DNA of 63,172 nucleotides, filler included, from Trichomonas gallinae (lineage: Eukaryota), in the NCBI GenBank assembly GCA_008369845.1. It is 8 parts of 8 records of this genome, joined end to end, with 100 filler letters (N's around TTAATTAATTAA, not from the genome) between each part and the next. Parts side by side here need not be neighbours in the genome. Positions count along the whole stretch, not along the records: positions 1 to 17,816 come from MRSU01000154.1; positions 17,917 to 31,094 come from MRSU01000158.1; 6 more parts are not named here. One strand, written 5' to 3'. Both the position numbers and the translations under genes were made by a program. Below are positions 11,779 to 22,567 of this stretch, one piece after another (the stretch's first letter is position 1; every line of letters begins with the position of its first letter). Under the pieces are notes generated by a model. The model made no database searches. It saw nothing but the letters and a program-made list of their open reading frames with translations, and had not been told where the DNA came from.

Positions 11779-12819
11779 TTAGCAGCACGATGCAAAATCT
11801 GCTTCTGCGGGTGAATTTTCAACAGAAAGGTAGTTTCTAATGAATGAAATTGATGAAGATGACAAGCCAACATTTTCCACATCATTTGATTGAATTGTTC
11901 TTTTATCTTTCCATGTGGACATGATTTCAGAGACATGGTACAATATGTTGATAACGTTCACGTCGTTGTTTGTCTGCAAAGCCTTATCAATATCATTCAA
12001 TAATTTACCAGAACCTTTCGTTAACCAATTAAGTTCCTTCTTTAACTTCAATTTGTTACCTTCAGCGAATACAACTGGGATATTTTCTTTTGCTGCCAAA
12101 AAAGGATGAGTGACACCATAAACTAAAGTGTTTTGAGAATCGATTTCATCAGAATCAGATAACTCTATATGAAAAGCGCATTCTTCGGCTGGTTTGAAAC
12201 TCAAAGTTGTTGAAATTAAAAAGAATGAAATATAAGAAGCAACAAAAATGTTTTGCGTATTGGCAATTGATATTTTCAGCCTGCACATACGAGCTTTCCA
12301 TAGAGCAAATAGAATTTCTGGATTCTGTTTGAAAGTTTCACAAATTATTTTCTCTCCATCAAAGAAATCAAGAGGATTGCTAACAGTAATTGGTGAATCA
12401 CTAATTGCAGATGCATTCTCTGCTTCTGATTTGATTAATTCGCAGTCAATTGATTTCACTTCATGAATTAAACTGTAAATATTATTTAAAAACTGATATT
12501 GTTGCTTGGTGAACAATGCATTTGTTGATCCGATGCCAATCGTAAGCTGAAGATTGCCTCTTTGTGTAGTAATATTTCGCATAAGCATGCAAATTGCCAT
12601 GATGTAATGATTTTTCGATTTGGTCATGAATATTGAACGATCATTCCACTTTGCAGGGAACATTTGTGGACTTACATCGATAATATCAGATTGCGGGTAA
12701 ATTTGTTGAGGTCCATGTTCATAATGGAACTGGCAGATGAATATTTGCGAGTTGTTTATTGTAAAACTTTGTTTTGGTACTTGTGATGCTAAACTTTCGA
12801 ATAATAATGAATCTTGCAT
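11779..12819 (-). CDS. DENN-domain protein, DENND11/LCHN-like (putative Rab GEF)
   Basis: Longin-like IFICQFHYEHGP..YP; QRGNLQLTIGI; ILFALWKARMCRLKI; C-terminal DVENVGLS..SFIRNYL...CC parallels the DENND11 C-terminus as I recall it. Confidence 0.6.
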   Translation of the reverse strand: MQDSLLFESLASQVPKQSFTINNSQIFICQFHYEHGPQQIYPQSDIIDVSPQMFPAKWNDRSIFMTKSKNHYIMAICMLMRNITTQRGNLQLTIGIGSTNALFTKQQYQFLNNIYSLIHEVKSIDCELIKSEAENASAISDSPITVSNPLDFFDGEKIICETFKQNPEILFALWKARMCRLKISIANTQNIFVASYISFFLISTTLSFKPAEECAFHIELSDSDEIDSQNTLVYGVTHPFLAAKENIPVVFAEGNKLKLKKELNWLTKGSGKLLNDIDKALQTNNDVNVINILYHVSEIMSTWKDKRTIQSNDVENVGLSSSSISFIRNYLSVENSPAEADFASCC

Positions 12820-13150
12820 TTTTAAATTTAAATAACCTTAATTATAAAAGTGACAACTATTTATAAAAAATGAAATTTATGCAATTTAAAGCACATTACA
12901 AGCATCACTAATACATTTATATAATAATTTTCACGATTAAATTTCATTTTATCGATATTTTGAAAATTGAAAATCAATTATTGCTCATAGAACTTCATAT
13001 AGTATATATTTTCATATTTGTTTGGTATAATTTCTATATTTAGAAGCAAAAATACTGGATATCGCATTAAAAACGCTCTTTATTTAAATGTGCGGAAAAT
13101 CATACATAATATTTATAAACTAATGTTTTGAAAGGATAGCATAAAGCATC

Positions 13151-13792
13151 CTACTCTAAATCAACGTTCCATAAATCATAATCTTCGTTAAAACCAAAAT
13201 CATTAATTACATCATCGATTTGGTTTGTAAATTCTTGCTTTACTTCATTCTTTGGTAGAATTTCGTTATAAACTTGATCGTCACAGCTGCTGTTGGCCTT
13301 TTCACTATCATAGCATTCATCGCTGCTGGATTTTTCTTCTTTATCGCTTGGCTCACATCCATATACTCTAACTGACCAGTTTCTTGCTTCCTGGGCATTA
13401 TCTTTAAGTATCGGCATTGCTGAATATAGAATGTGAAGTGAGTCATTTCTTGGAACATTGCTGTGCAAACCTATCTTATTCAATGACCCATTGATGCTAG
13501 ATTTGCATTTGAATGTCAGTATCTTGAATTGTGTGTTATTGATCGCAATTCCATCTTTAAACGAGCAATAACCGCAAGCAAGACATCTCTTCCAATCATT
13601 AGCATCTTTCCTGATGCAATAAGAGTTGACTAAGTTCAATATTTCCGTGAAATTCTCGATTCTCTTATTCCTTTGGCACTTTGTGAAATGCGAGCAGAAT
13701 GTTGCTCTTAGCATTGCATAACCTTGCTTGTCCATATCATCAAGAATGTTCCAGTACTTTGGTAACTGGTAGAGCATGTCGATGTTCTTCAT
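13151..13792 (-). CDS. Initiator-binding-domain (IBD, IBP39-like) transcription factor family protein
   Basis: KYWNIL..D..GY..LR; DWKRCLACG; IAINN.Q..L..KCKSSINGSL; RNWSVR are IBD family signatures; Inr TCATTTTCAC upstream on the minus strand. Confidence 0.88.
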   Translation of the reverse strand: MKNIDMLYQLPKYWNILDDMDKQGYAMLRATFCSHFTKCQRNKRIENFTEILNLVNSYCIRKDANDWKRCLACGYCSFKDGIAINNTQFKILTFKCKSSINGSLNKIGLHSNVPRNDSLHILYSAMPILKDNAQEARNWSVRVYGCEPSDKEEKSSSDECYDSEKANSSCDDQVYNEILPKNEVKQEFTNQIDDVINDFGFNEDYDLWNVDLE

Positions 13793-15595
13793 AACTAAGT
13801 GAAAATGAATTTATTCATTGAATTATCTTCTAAAAAAATCTTATTAATGAATTATCATTCTACACACTCTATAAAAACGTTCATCGACATAAGCAAACTT
13901 TCAAACACTACTTAAAATTTCTATACCTATTCACAAAAAAAGAATTTGAGTAAAATATTTCTATGAGATGCGAACATACTAAAAATACATTTTCTCATCC
14001 TTCTGCTGCCTTTTATAGGCCAATACATGATTATTTCAATCATATACAAATAAAAACTATCATTGTTCATTATACACTAATCATATAATCTTTAAACCAA
14101 CCATTCTTTTTTTTTCCTCTAAATCAATTATTAAATTGCAGCACATATCATAATAAATGAAACAAAATAACGCGTAATGTTATCGCATTTTCTATGGTAT
14201 CTCAAAATAATGTGTAAATCAAACTGAAATGCTTTGATGTTTCTGTAGAGAGAAAACAAATTAAATCATTACAAAATTCAGTATTTAAAGTGTGTCAGAA
14301 CGCAGAAAAACAATCGTTTGTAAAAAATCATTGACTGCAAAAACACAATTAAAAGCATACTAAGAATGGTTACGACAGTTGCAGTTTTGTTAACTTTTTC
14401 AATATGCGTGAGTTTTCAATGTACACAGATATACGCCAGCTTAATATCATTTGCCTATTTGTTTTTATAAGTTATTTCAAAAAATAGAAATAGCAAAGAT
14501 TTATGAGACTAAATGGTTTCTGTAGTTTAATGATCTGAATGCGAAATCAATAATAACTAAAGTCGATGTAAAACAAAAAAAATCAATGATGAATTTTCAG
14601 TGTTCGAAAAATTGATGCAGGAAGCAGCTTTTTTATTATGCAATATGCAATTTCATCATGTAAATATGCTATATCATTCATCATTTCGCTGTCATCAATT
14701 TTTGATATGAACCTTATTTTTCCTGATTTTCAATGAAGGATCTTATTGTGCTTTTGTATCGTTTAGTCCATTATTGAACTTATATTAGACATGCTTAGAT
14801 ACCAATTTGCATAATCCAAATATCAAACAGCACAGTCACGAAAATTAGTGAATGCACAAAAATGATGGGTGTATCGATTCGCAGATTTTTAATTCTATAT
14901 ACATTCATTATTTTTATTATTAAATTCTATTTCACACTTAAAACATAGATAAAACAATCAACTTATGTAGGATTCAAATTTATTTGAACCATAAAACAAT
15001 AATATAGAGTTGGTACACGTGATAAATCGCATATTATTTGATATTATACCTATATGAAAAATTACTTCGTTATTACATAATAAATCAATATCAAATTTAA
15101 AATTAATTCCCATTGTAATAACTAAGCTACAGCTGTTATTTATTAGCTAGTTTACATATATTTATATGTTGTAATCATATAAAAATGCATTTTGACTGAT
15201 TAAAATCATGAATTTGAATTGAGATTTTGATGAAGTTATTGATATTCATTGTTCATATTTAATATATTTATATCCTTAATTTTTATTATAGTCTCATAGA
15301 CATTAAGTTGATATTCCCTTTAGAATTGAAGAATAAATTCATCAAAACAAACTTTTCTTGGTAATTCGTTCAAAATGATTTGATTATGCTATAGTACTGC
15401 ATATGAATATAATAATCTTTAAGTCTTGTTTTTTGTATCAAAATTTCCACTGATAAAAAAATTTATGTCACTTTTCATGAGCTTTGTCACTTTTAATTTA
15501 AATTCGAAAAAATTCACGTTCATTTAATGTAGTAACCTATTCCAGTCAAATACTGCAAATTTCGTTTTAACGTATAAAATCAATTTTTTTATCAA

Positions 15596-16639
15596 ATGAC
15601 TGATGATTTTAATATAGAAGTATTTATTAAAGATGCAAATATAATAGAAGATGCCCTTGGATCACATGATCTATTGGTGCAATTCCAGCAAAGTCAGTCT
15701 GTTTCATTTGGATTGATGATAAATTTATTTCAAGAAAAAAGAATTCTTCAAATACAAATGCCTAAAACTATGTCGCCTGGACCGAAATTGCTTATTTTTA
15801 AAGCAGGCTTATATACATGTATTCTCGATATCGAACAACAACTTCAATCCGCGTTTGAATTTAAAACATATCAATCTACGCTTACAAAATTAAGTCTTGT
15901 TTCTCCTCAAAATCAGCCAGGAGTCGAGATAAATTGCAGTTATTTAATTTCAGTAAAAAATCAAAACCCTCGTCTACAAAAATTAAAAGCGGGGTTAAAT
16001 AATACACCATCAAAAGAACGTGCTGGACAAAAATTAATTTCACCAATAACGACATTCAATCAAGATCTGTTTAATTCAAATTTTCCATCACAGCCGAATC
16101 CATTCCCACCATTAGTACACTCACCTGTAGTTAAAAACCCACCGACAACTCATGCAAATAAAATTAAAAAATTTGATGGAAATAAAAAGACAAATGGTGG
16201 CTTGATTGATTGGAATGAGCAGTCTGTTAGAGAGGGAGCACAATGGAAAAGAGGAAATGGACCATTGATGTCATCTTTCAAAAAATCTCTTTCAAAAGAG
16301 CCAGATATTCATGCAACAAAAGTTGTCCAAGATTTAAATAGAACTATTCAGCCTATGAACCCACCAATAATCAAAAATAGAAAACAAAAACACATTTCAT
16401 TCATTATTTCTGATTCATTTTCATCTCCTGATAATAATGAGGAGAATATAAGCTCTCCAAAGCTGAAATCTCAAAACTCACCAAGATGGAATCAGACATT
16501 TGTTGAAGATGATAATTTGAATGAATTAGAATTTTCGTCAAAAGTTATTAAACCGAGTTCGTCTGCTGGTAGCAATATATCATTAGATAAAGATATTGCA
16601 AAAATCCTTAGTTTCTCAGATTCTGATGAATATTTCTGA
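15596..16639 (+). CDS. Hypothetical protein: N-terminal globular domain plus disordered Ser/Pro/Asn-rich tail
   Basis: 347-aa ATG-started ORF; two GTCACTTT motifs upstream (15467, 15486). Confidence 0.75.
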   Translation: MTDDFNIEVFIKDANIIEDALGSHDLLVQFQQSQSVSFGLMINLFQEKRILQIQMPKTMSPGPKLLIFKAGLYTCILDIEQQLQSAFEFKTYQSTLTKLSLVSPQNQPGVEINCSYLISVKNQNPRLQKLKAGLNNTPSKERAGQKLISPITTFNQDLFNSNFPSQPNPFPPLVHSPVVKNPPTTHANKIKKFDGNKKTNGGLIDWNEQSVREGAQWKRGNGPLMSSFKKSLSKEPDIHATKVVQDLNRTIQPMNPPIIKNRKQKHISFIISDSFSSPDNNEENISSPKLKSQNSPRWNQTFVEDDNLNELEFSSKVIKPSSSAGSNISLDKDIAKILSFSDSDEYF

Positions 16640-16975
16640 TTAATCATAGAGATATGTCATATTGTTTGTATTTATGCGTTGCTGGTATTTTTATGCTAAT
16701 CACCATATATGATTCGAAAAAAAATTATAGAAGATTTTATTTATTGTTATTGTTATGTAAAATTATTCATGTTTGTTTTATTAATTGATGATATATTTAT
16801 TGACGATAAATAAATACATGAAGAAATCCTTACTAAATGATTTTCATTATTGAATTCAATTTATTTAATATATTTTGAATGTTGAAACCTATATTAGATT
16901 TTAGTATATACTGTATATAAAACATTGTTTATTACAATTGAAAACTAAAAAATATAATAAAAACAAAAAAACATA

Positions 16976-17650
16976 TCAAAATGAATTTGTAAATGTATAA
17001 TAAGAAACAAAAATCATATCATTTAGTTCATTGTTATAGTTGCATGTTACAGGAGCTAGAGAAGGAAAAATATCTCGTGAAATCACAGTTGCATTGCAAA
17101 GTTGTGATGATTTGTAATAGGAATGTACATATATTCGCAAATCTTTATAAACAGAAAGGTCCCTTTCACATGCAATGTCGTTTTTTCCATAAAAGAAGAT
17201 TTTTTTGATATATGTGTTATATTTTAAAAAAGCAACTCCTATCGAACTTACATGTGCTGGAATTTCCAATCTTGTTACTGTAGAATTGACTAGAAAAGAT
17301 CTTTGAATTTCTGTTAATTGTGAATCGCGTTCAAATTCAATTTTTTCGAGATATTTAACCCAGTCAATTGCATATTCGAGAATTCTGACAACAGAGCGAG
17401 GGATATAAAGATATGTGATATCTGAATATCGAAATGAATATGCTCCAATAGTAGTGATCGTATAATACTTGTTCTTATACTCTATACAGTTGGGTATAAC
17501 AACACGAATCTTTGTATACGCTGAATTAATAAAAGCTTCCCATTTAATGCTTGAATTGTACGGAATAGTTTCGTTGATTGTGCCAATTGTGGCATCACTA
17601 TCTGATAATAGATAGTGAAATAAGCCAATATCAGCTTTAGTCAATCACAT
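16976..17650 (-). pseudogene. Short BspA-like (TpLRR) surface protein with a stop at codon 2 (ATG-TGA)
   Basis: Repeats VIP..ITTIGAYSF, IPRSVVRI, IPAHVSSIGVAF; minus strand reads ATG TGA TTG ACT from 17650; no other in-frame ATG near the N-terminus. Confidence 0.7.
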
Positions 17651-17816
17651 AAAGAATTGTCACTTTTAAAAATCGGTTATGTAAATATGTATATATTACC
17701 TAGTTATGTAAGACATCACTGGAGTGAATAGATTATACTTTAGTCCTATTGTCTCCGGTAGCCGGCTAACCCCCTCGAATTTCGGCAATCGGCCAAAATG
17801 GCTAAGGCCCAAAAAG

Positions 17817-17916
17817 NNNNNNNNNNNNNNNNNNNNNNNNNNNNNNNNNNNNNNNNNNNNTTAATTAATTAANNNNNNNNNNNNNNNNNNNNNNNNNNNN
17901 NNNNNNNNNNNNNNNN
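17817..17916. other. Artificial contig linker N44-TTAATTAATTAA-N44
   Basis: Exactly 100 bp with six-frame stop core; repeated seven times in the window. Confidence 0.97.
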
Positions 17917-18055
17917 CTTTTAAAATTTTCCCAAAAAGTGGAATTCCCCCCCCCCCCTTTTTTTTTTTTTTTTCACCAGGGGGAAAGTGGGTTACTTTTG
18001 TATAAAAAAAAACATTATTATTATAATGAGAGAAAAGTGACAGAAATTAACACGT

Positions 18056-19450
18056 TTGTTATTATTATGGTTGATATTGTATGATATATCATATGAATCT
18101 AACGATAAAAAAGTCATCACTGGAGTTACAAGCACTAAAACTCTTGAAATTCCTATATCAGTCGAAAGAATCAAAAATTCTGTTCATGTATCAGGAAAAA
18201 TTACGAATCAAATCCTTGAAAATCTAAGAAATTTATTAGAGGAAGTTACATTTCCCATAGGATGCAGCATTATATCGCTCGGCATTGGTACTTTTTACAA
18301 ATTTTCGAAACTTTCGAGGGTTGATTTATCAAATTGTTTAAAGCTTCAATCAATTGATATTGCAACATTCGCAGAAAGCTCTTTGTCATCCATAACTTTA
18401 CCCCAAAAATTACAGTCAATAGAAATAGGTGCTTTTGCAGCAACAAATCTAGAAATAGTCGAAATTCCTTCATCTGTATCAAAAATTGCCGGATATTTTG
18501 AAAATTTGTATTTTTACATGGGTCCTTTTGCAAATTGCGAGAACTTGAAATCCTTAATCATTCCTGAAGACAGTCAATTGGAATATCTTGGTCCAACCTT
18601 TATTCAAAATACACAAATTGAAGATATTTTTGTTCCTGAGAATGTGTCTGCAAGATGGGGATGTTTTTCAGATGCTCCTTTTTTGAAAACCATTAGACTT
18701 CATAAATCAAATAAGAATTATAAAATATATGATTCTTGTTTGTATTCATATGATTTTAGTAAATTTTATTGGTGCCCTTTTATATACGATAAGCAAATAT
18801 CTTTCCATCATTATACAAAGTTAATTTCTAAATTTGCATTTTTAAGATCAAATTATACTTTTGATATTGTTGTTCCCAGTACAGTAACAAGAATTGAAGA
18901 TTACAGTTTTGATTACTGTACTGTTCCAAAAATTGTCTTTACCAGAACATTCAGTTTTCTTTCTCCTTCTTTCTTCGGAACCAAATCAACAATAGTTTTG
19001 CCAAATGATTTAACAACAATTTATTCAGAAATGTTCCGTACGTATTTTGGCAACGAACTAGAAATTCCAGAGAATTTAATAGAGATCCAACAAGGTGCAT
19101 TTCATAACTGTCCTTATCTGAAAAGTTTGACGTTTTTTGGCAGCAAAAAACAATGCATTATTATCAAAGCAAGAGCATTTATAAACTTACCACTACTTGA
19201 TGCCATATACGTAGATGCTAATATGTCTAATAAAATGAATATCGAAATGCAAGCGTTTCAGAACTGTCCGCTAATTAAAGCCATTTATTTCATTTATAAT
19301 TTATCATCAATCAAACAAAGCGAATGTAGTGTCAATTGCAAGCAGACATGTAACCAAGTACACTACAATTTTCTTAATAATTTGTCGATCTTTCAAGTTT
19401 TTGTAATAATATTTGATGATAGACATAGGATTGTTCTAGAACCAAAATAA
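18056..19450 (+). CDS. BspA-like leucine-rich-repeat (TpLRR) surface protein; canonical start codon missing
   Basis: Multiple LPxxLxxIxxxAF repeats; hydrophobic N-terminus; frame opens after TGA 18038-18040 with no ATG until about residue 155. Confidence 0.8.
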   Translation: MLLLWLILYDISYESNDKKVITGVTSTKTLEIPISVERIKNSVHVSGKITNQILENLRNLLEEVTFPIGCSIISLGIGTFYKFSKLSRVDLSNCLKLQSIDIATFAESSLSSITLPQKLQSIEIGAFAATNLEIVEIPSSVSKIAGYFENLYFYMGPFANCENLKSLIIPEDSQLEYLGPTFIQNTQIEDIFVPENVSARWGCFSDAPFLKTIRLHKSNKNYKIYDSCLYSYDFSKFYWCPFIYDKQISFHHYTKLISKFAFLRSNYTFDIVVPSTVTRIEDYSFDYCTVPKIVFTRTFSFLSPSFFGTKSTIVLPNDLTTIYSEMFRTYFGNELEIPENLIEIQQGAFHNCPYLKSLTFFGSKKQCIIIKARAFINLPLLDAIYVDANMSNKMNIEMQAFQNCPLIKAIYFIYNLSSIKQSECSVNCKQTCNQVHYNFLNNLSIFQVFVIIFDDRHRIVLEPK

Positions 19451-19762
19451 ATATCTATTTGCAATGATGATATCTGCAATTTGAGTCATTACTGTTTTCG
19501 TTTTTCTTCTGTTTCTATTTTCATTTCGGTTTGAATTAGTTTGAGTTTATTAATTCTTATTTATTTTGTTTTTCTTCGATCTGCTTCTTTTTTTTCGCTC
19601 ATCTTAAGTCTTTTGATTTACTTCATCTATCTTCCTTTGATTATCTAATTTTTTTGTTCATAAATATATGAAATTTTAATAATAAAGTCTGGAAATAGTT
19701 TAGTATTGAGTAAGAGATGATGTAGCCAACTTATTGTGAATAAAAATGAAAATAATGATTTC

Positions 19763-19847
19763 TTGTCATGTAAAAATTATACCTGGCATGTAAATATATT
19801 TTTGACATGTAATAATATCCTAACATGTAAATATTTACATGTCAAAA
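19763..19847. repeat. Array of (T)G(A/T/G)CATGTAA motifs at about 20-bp spacing
   Basis: TGTCATGTAA, TGGCATGTAA, TGACATGTAA, TAACATGTAA, TTACATGTCA in succession. Confidence 0.7.
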
Positions 19848-19873
19848 GATTTTGTAGATCCGATAATTTCCAA

Positions 19874-19892
19874 AAAGTGACGAGAAAGTGAC
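19874..19892 (+). promoter_or_regulatory. Tandem AAAGTGAC promoter-proximal motif
   Basis: AAAGTGAC at 19874 and 19885, ending 23 nt before ATG 19916; the same octamer precedes many genes in the window. Confidence 0.6.
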
Positions 19893-19915
19893 AAAATTTT
19901 CTCAAAAAAAAAGCG

Positions 19916-20623
19916 ATGTTGTTTTTGTTGTTGAGTTTGATCTCATGTTTTAATTTTAAACATGGTCCAGGAAAGCACAATAGAGGCTCCATGTATCCAA
20001 GTGCCACATATTATCCATCAAGAACCCCAACTCCTAAGCCCACACCATATCATTATCATGAAGATACTGATGATGACGATTCATTGGAATTACTCTACGA
20101 TTTCAGGGTTAGCGCATTCATTTTCATGAAACTAGTTGTTGGTGTTATATATGTAATACTTTTCGTAATTGTTGTTTACCTTGCTACACAGCATCCAAAC
20201 AGACTCTACAGGGCTGGAATTTCGTGCAAATGCTTCTTTGATTGCTGCTGCCCATCCAAATATTCAGCAATTTCCGATTATTATGAATCACATGACGATA
20301 GTTTTTGCGTCCAGAACAAAGGCTTAGCTTACTGCTTACTTGGCTGCTGCTGCATCTGTGTCAGCCAGTTTGCCGTTCTCGTCTATCTTCTTTGCCAACT
20401 TTCAAGAACAAATAGCAGAGATGAACAGGAATTCGAAGAAAGACTTAAGAATGCTCAGCATTCTCATCGCGATGTTGAAGGTGATATCGTTGAGCCGCTT
20501 AATCCAATTCAGCAGCCACAATATTACCCGGCATATGTTGTTCCACAGAACGGACAACAAATACAGCCATATATTGTTGTTGTCCCACAATACCAATATG
20601 CTCCACAGCAAATTCAACCATAA
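19916..20623 (+). CDS. Signal-peptide membrane protein with Cys clusters and Pro/Gln/Tyr-rich tail; possible premature stop
   Basis: N-terminal hydrophobic leader, two hydrophobic segments, CCC clusters; frame continues NVQYVIAPPGFQPASNPYEQ after TAA to 20686. Confidence 0.8.
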   Translation: MLFLLLSLISCFNFKHGPGKHNRGSMYPSATYYPSRTPTPKPTPYHYHEDTDDDDSLELLYDFRVSAFIFMKLVVGVIYVILFVIVVYLATQHPNRLYRAGISCKCFFDCCCPSKYSAISDYYESHDDSFCVQNKGLAYCLLGCCCICVSQFAVLVYLLCQLSRTNSRDEQEFEERLKNAQHSHRDVEGDIVEPLNPIQQPQYYPAYVVPQNGQQIQPYIVVVPQYQYAPQQIQP

Positions 20624-20865
20624 AATGTTCAGTATGTTATTGCTCCACCAGGTTTCCAGCCAGCGTCAAATCCATATGAGCAATAATTTTAATTTTATCC
20701 ATTGGAAGCGTTTTTAAATAATTTATTTTAAAATCCTTGCTTTTTCATCAAGATTTTACAATCAAATTTAATTAATTATAATATTATGGCTTAATTCAAT
20801 CAAATTTATCATGTCAAACCACTTATTAATCATTCGAGTGAGAAAAACGAAACTGTTGTATATTT

Positions 20866-20950
20866 ATTACATGACAAAAATATATTTTACGTGACAAAAA
20901 TATATTTCATGTCATGTAATATATTTTTTGTCATAATTACGTGTCAAAAA
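20866..20950. repeat. Array of TTAC(A/G)TG(A/T)CAAAAA motifs, inverted relative to 19763-19847
   Basis: TTACATGACAAAAATATATT-TTACGTGACAAAAATATATT 20-bp tandem, then further copies. Confidence 0.7.
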
Positions 20951-21151
20951 ATAGAATTTGAACAAAAAGCTGTAACACGTGTATTAAGAAGATTATATTT
21001 TGCATAAAATAAACACCGAAGAATCTTCTAATATGTTGTATAGTTAAATTTATGCAGCAAATACGACTTTTCGCACCGAATCTAAAAATTGTTGCTGTCA
21101 AAATATATTTTACATGTCAAAATAATGACTACGTGACAAAATTAAATATTG

Positions 21152-22111
21152 ATGCTTTTCTTACTATTTTTTTCGATTTTTGCTGAAGAAATGGGAGGAT
21201 TGCATCGGGCAACACCAATAGTCATAACCAATGATGACAATGACTCTGATCAAGCCGAAGAAAAAGAATATACCTACACATACGAATCGAAAGATGTCTA
21301 TGATGAAGATACAAACGCAACATATCAATATGAGTCAAATGATACGTACGATGACGATGAATCTCAATACAGCTTCGGTAGAACCCGTGATCATGACTAT
21401 TTCGATAGTGGATCTCTTCATCACGGCAGTAAAAAGAAAAAGAAAGAGGTTATTTGTAACTATCCCAATACAAGGCCTGGTTATGGCGACAATTGTGTGT
21501 GTAATGACAGTTATGTTGGCGATAATCCTATCCAACCGCGCGGCTGCTGGAAATGTAACGATACATGCCACTCACAAGCTGTATGTAGCTATCCAGGAGT
21601 CTGTGAATGCTCAAATGGCCTCGTTGGTGATGGTGTAAAGTTCTGCAAGCAGCCAAAGCCAAATATTATATCTGCGAAATCATACTCATCTGCAAATCTT
21701 TCATATCCAACAGTAGTTGTTAAAATAGAGAACTTCACTAACTTTATGCCGTTTTTCGGATATTGCAAAATTTCAAATGAAATAATTTTAGCTAGAGTTA
21801 TTGATTCAACGCATTTAGAGTGTTTGGTTACTGACCCTAATGCTAAATCTGTTTCAGTTGCATTAGATCGAATTAATTGGACAAAAGAAGTCGATTTTGA
21901 ACCAGTTAAGCGAGGAAAAACTATAGAAATAGATACAAAACCAAGAGAATTTCCAAAAGCAACAATCAAACAAGCTATGAAAATAAATAAAGTCGAAGAT
22001 GGATTTTTCTTTGCGCAAGCTTTGAGTTTCGTATGCCTTATTGGTTTAATTGCTACGATATTCATACCCAGTCATTTGTTTGGAAATAGAAAATCAAAAT
22101 TCCAAGAATAA
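21152..22111 (+). CDS. Type I surface protein: signal peptide, acidic region, EGF-like Cys domains, IPT/TIG-like domain, C-terminal TM
   Basis: CVCNDSYVGD, CHSQAVC..PGVCECSNGLVGDG..C EGF patterns; YCKI..LECLV..VSVALD..W; TM FFAQALSFVCLIGLIATIFIP; ATG at 21152. Confidence 0.85.
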   Translation: MLFLLFFSIFAEEMGGLHRATPIVITNDDNDSDQAEEKEYTYTYESKDVYDEDTNATYQYESNDTYDDDESQYSFGRTRDHDYFDSGSLHHGSKKKKKEVICNYPNTRPGYGDNCVCNDSYVGDNPIQPRGCWKCNDTCHSQAVCSYPGVCECSNGLVGDGVKFCKQPKPNIISAKSYSSANLSYPTVVVKIENFTNFMPFFGYCKISNEIILARVIDSTHLECLVTDPNAKSVSVALDRINWTKEVDFEPVKRGKTIEIDTKPREFPKATIKQAMKINKVEDGFFFAQALSFVCLIGLIATIFIPSHLFGNRKSKFQE

Positions 22112-22567
22112 TATTAATTTTGTTTGTTTTAGATAAAAATTGATCAAATATAAGCAAATCATTATGTAATGATGGCAAATTCATCATTACAAGATATAAA
22201 ATACAAACATCACCACAAAATGAAAAATTATTTACATTTTTCTTGCTCTCATGCTTTATTAGTTCATAATTGTTTATATAGAAACTATTTATTTCAAATG
22301 TTAATCAAAACTGCAATAGAACTGAATATTCAATATTCAAAAAATTATTTAATGATATTATTATTCATCACTCAGATTTCTATCATCACTTTACTGAGCA
22401 CAATCATTACTTCAACGTTTGAATGATTTTTATTGAAATTTATAAATTTGTGGAAGCAGAAAATTCTTGAGATATAGTATCATATATTGTTTAATATTCA
22501 TGATGTTTAAGAGAATTTGATGGTTTCACAAGCTAATTTGAAAGAAGAGAAAAAACTTTACTCGATT

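Noticed and set aside
14586..14726. Possible C/D snoRNA (ATGATGA ... CTGA)
   Set aside because: Boxes occur by chance in AT-rich DNA; no terminal stem or recognisable guide
17917..17990. Poly-C/poly-T tracts beside gaps (also 31195 and 61481)
   Set aside because: Low-quality contig ends at homopolymers
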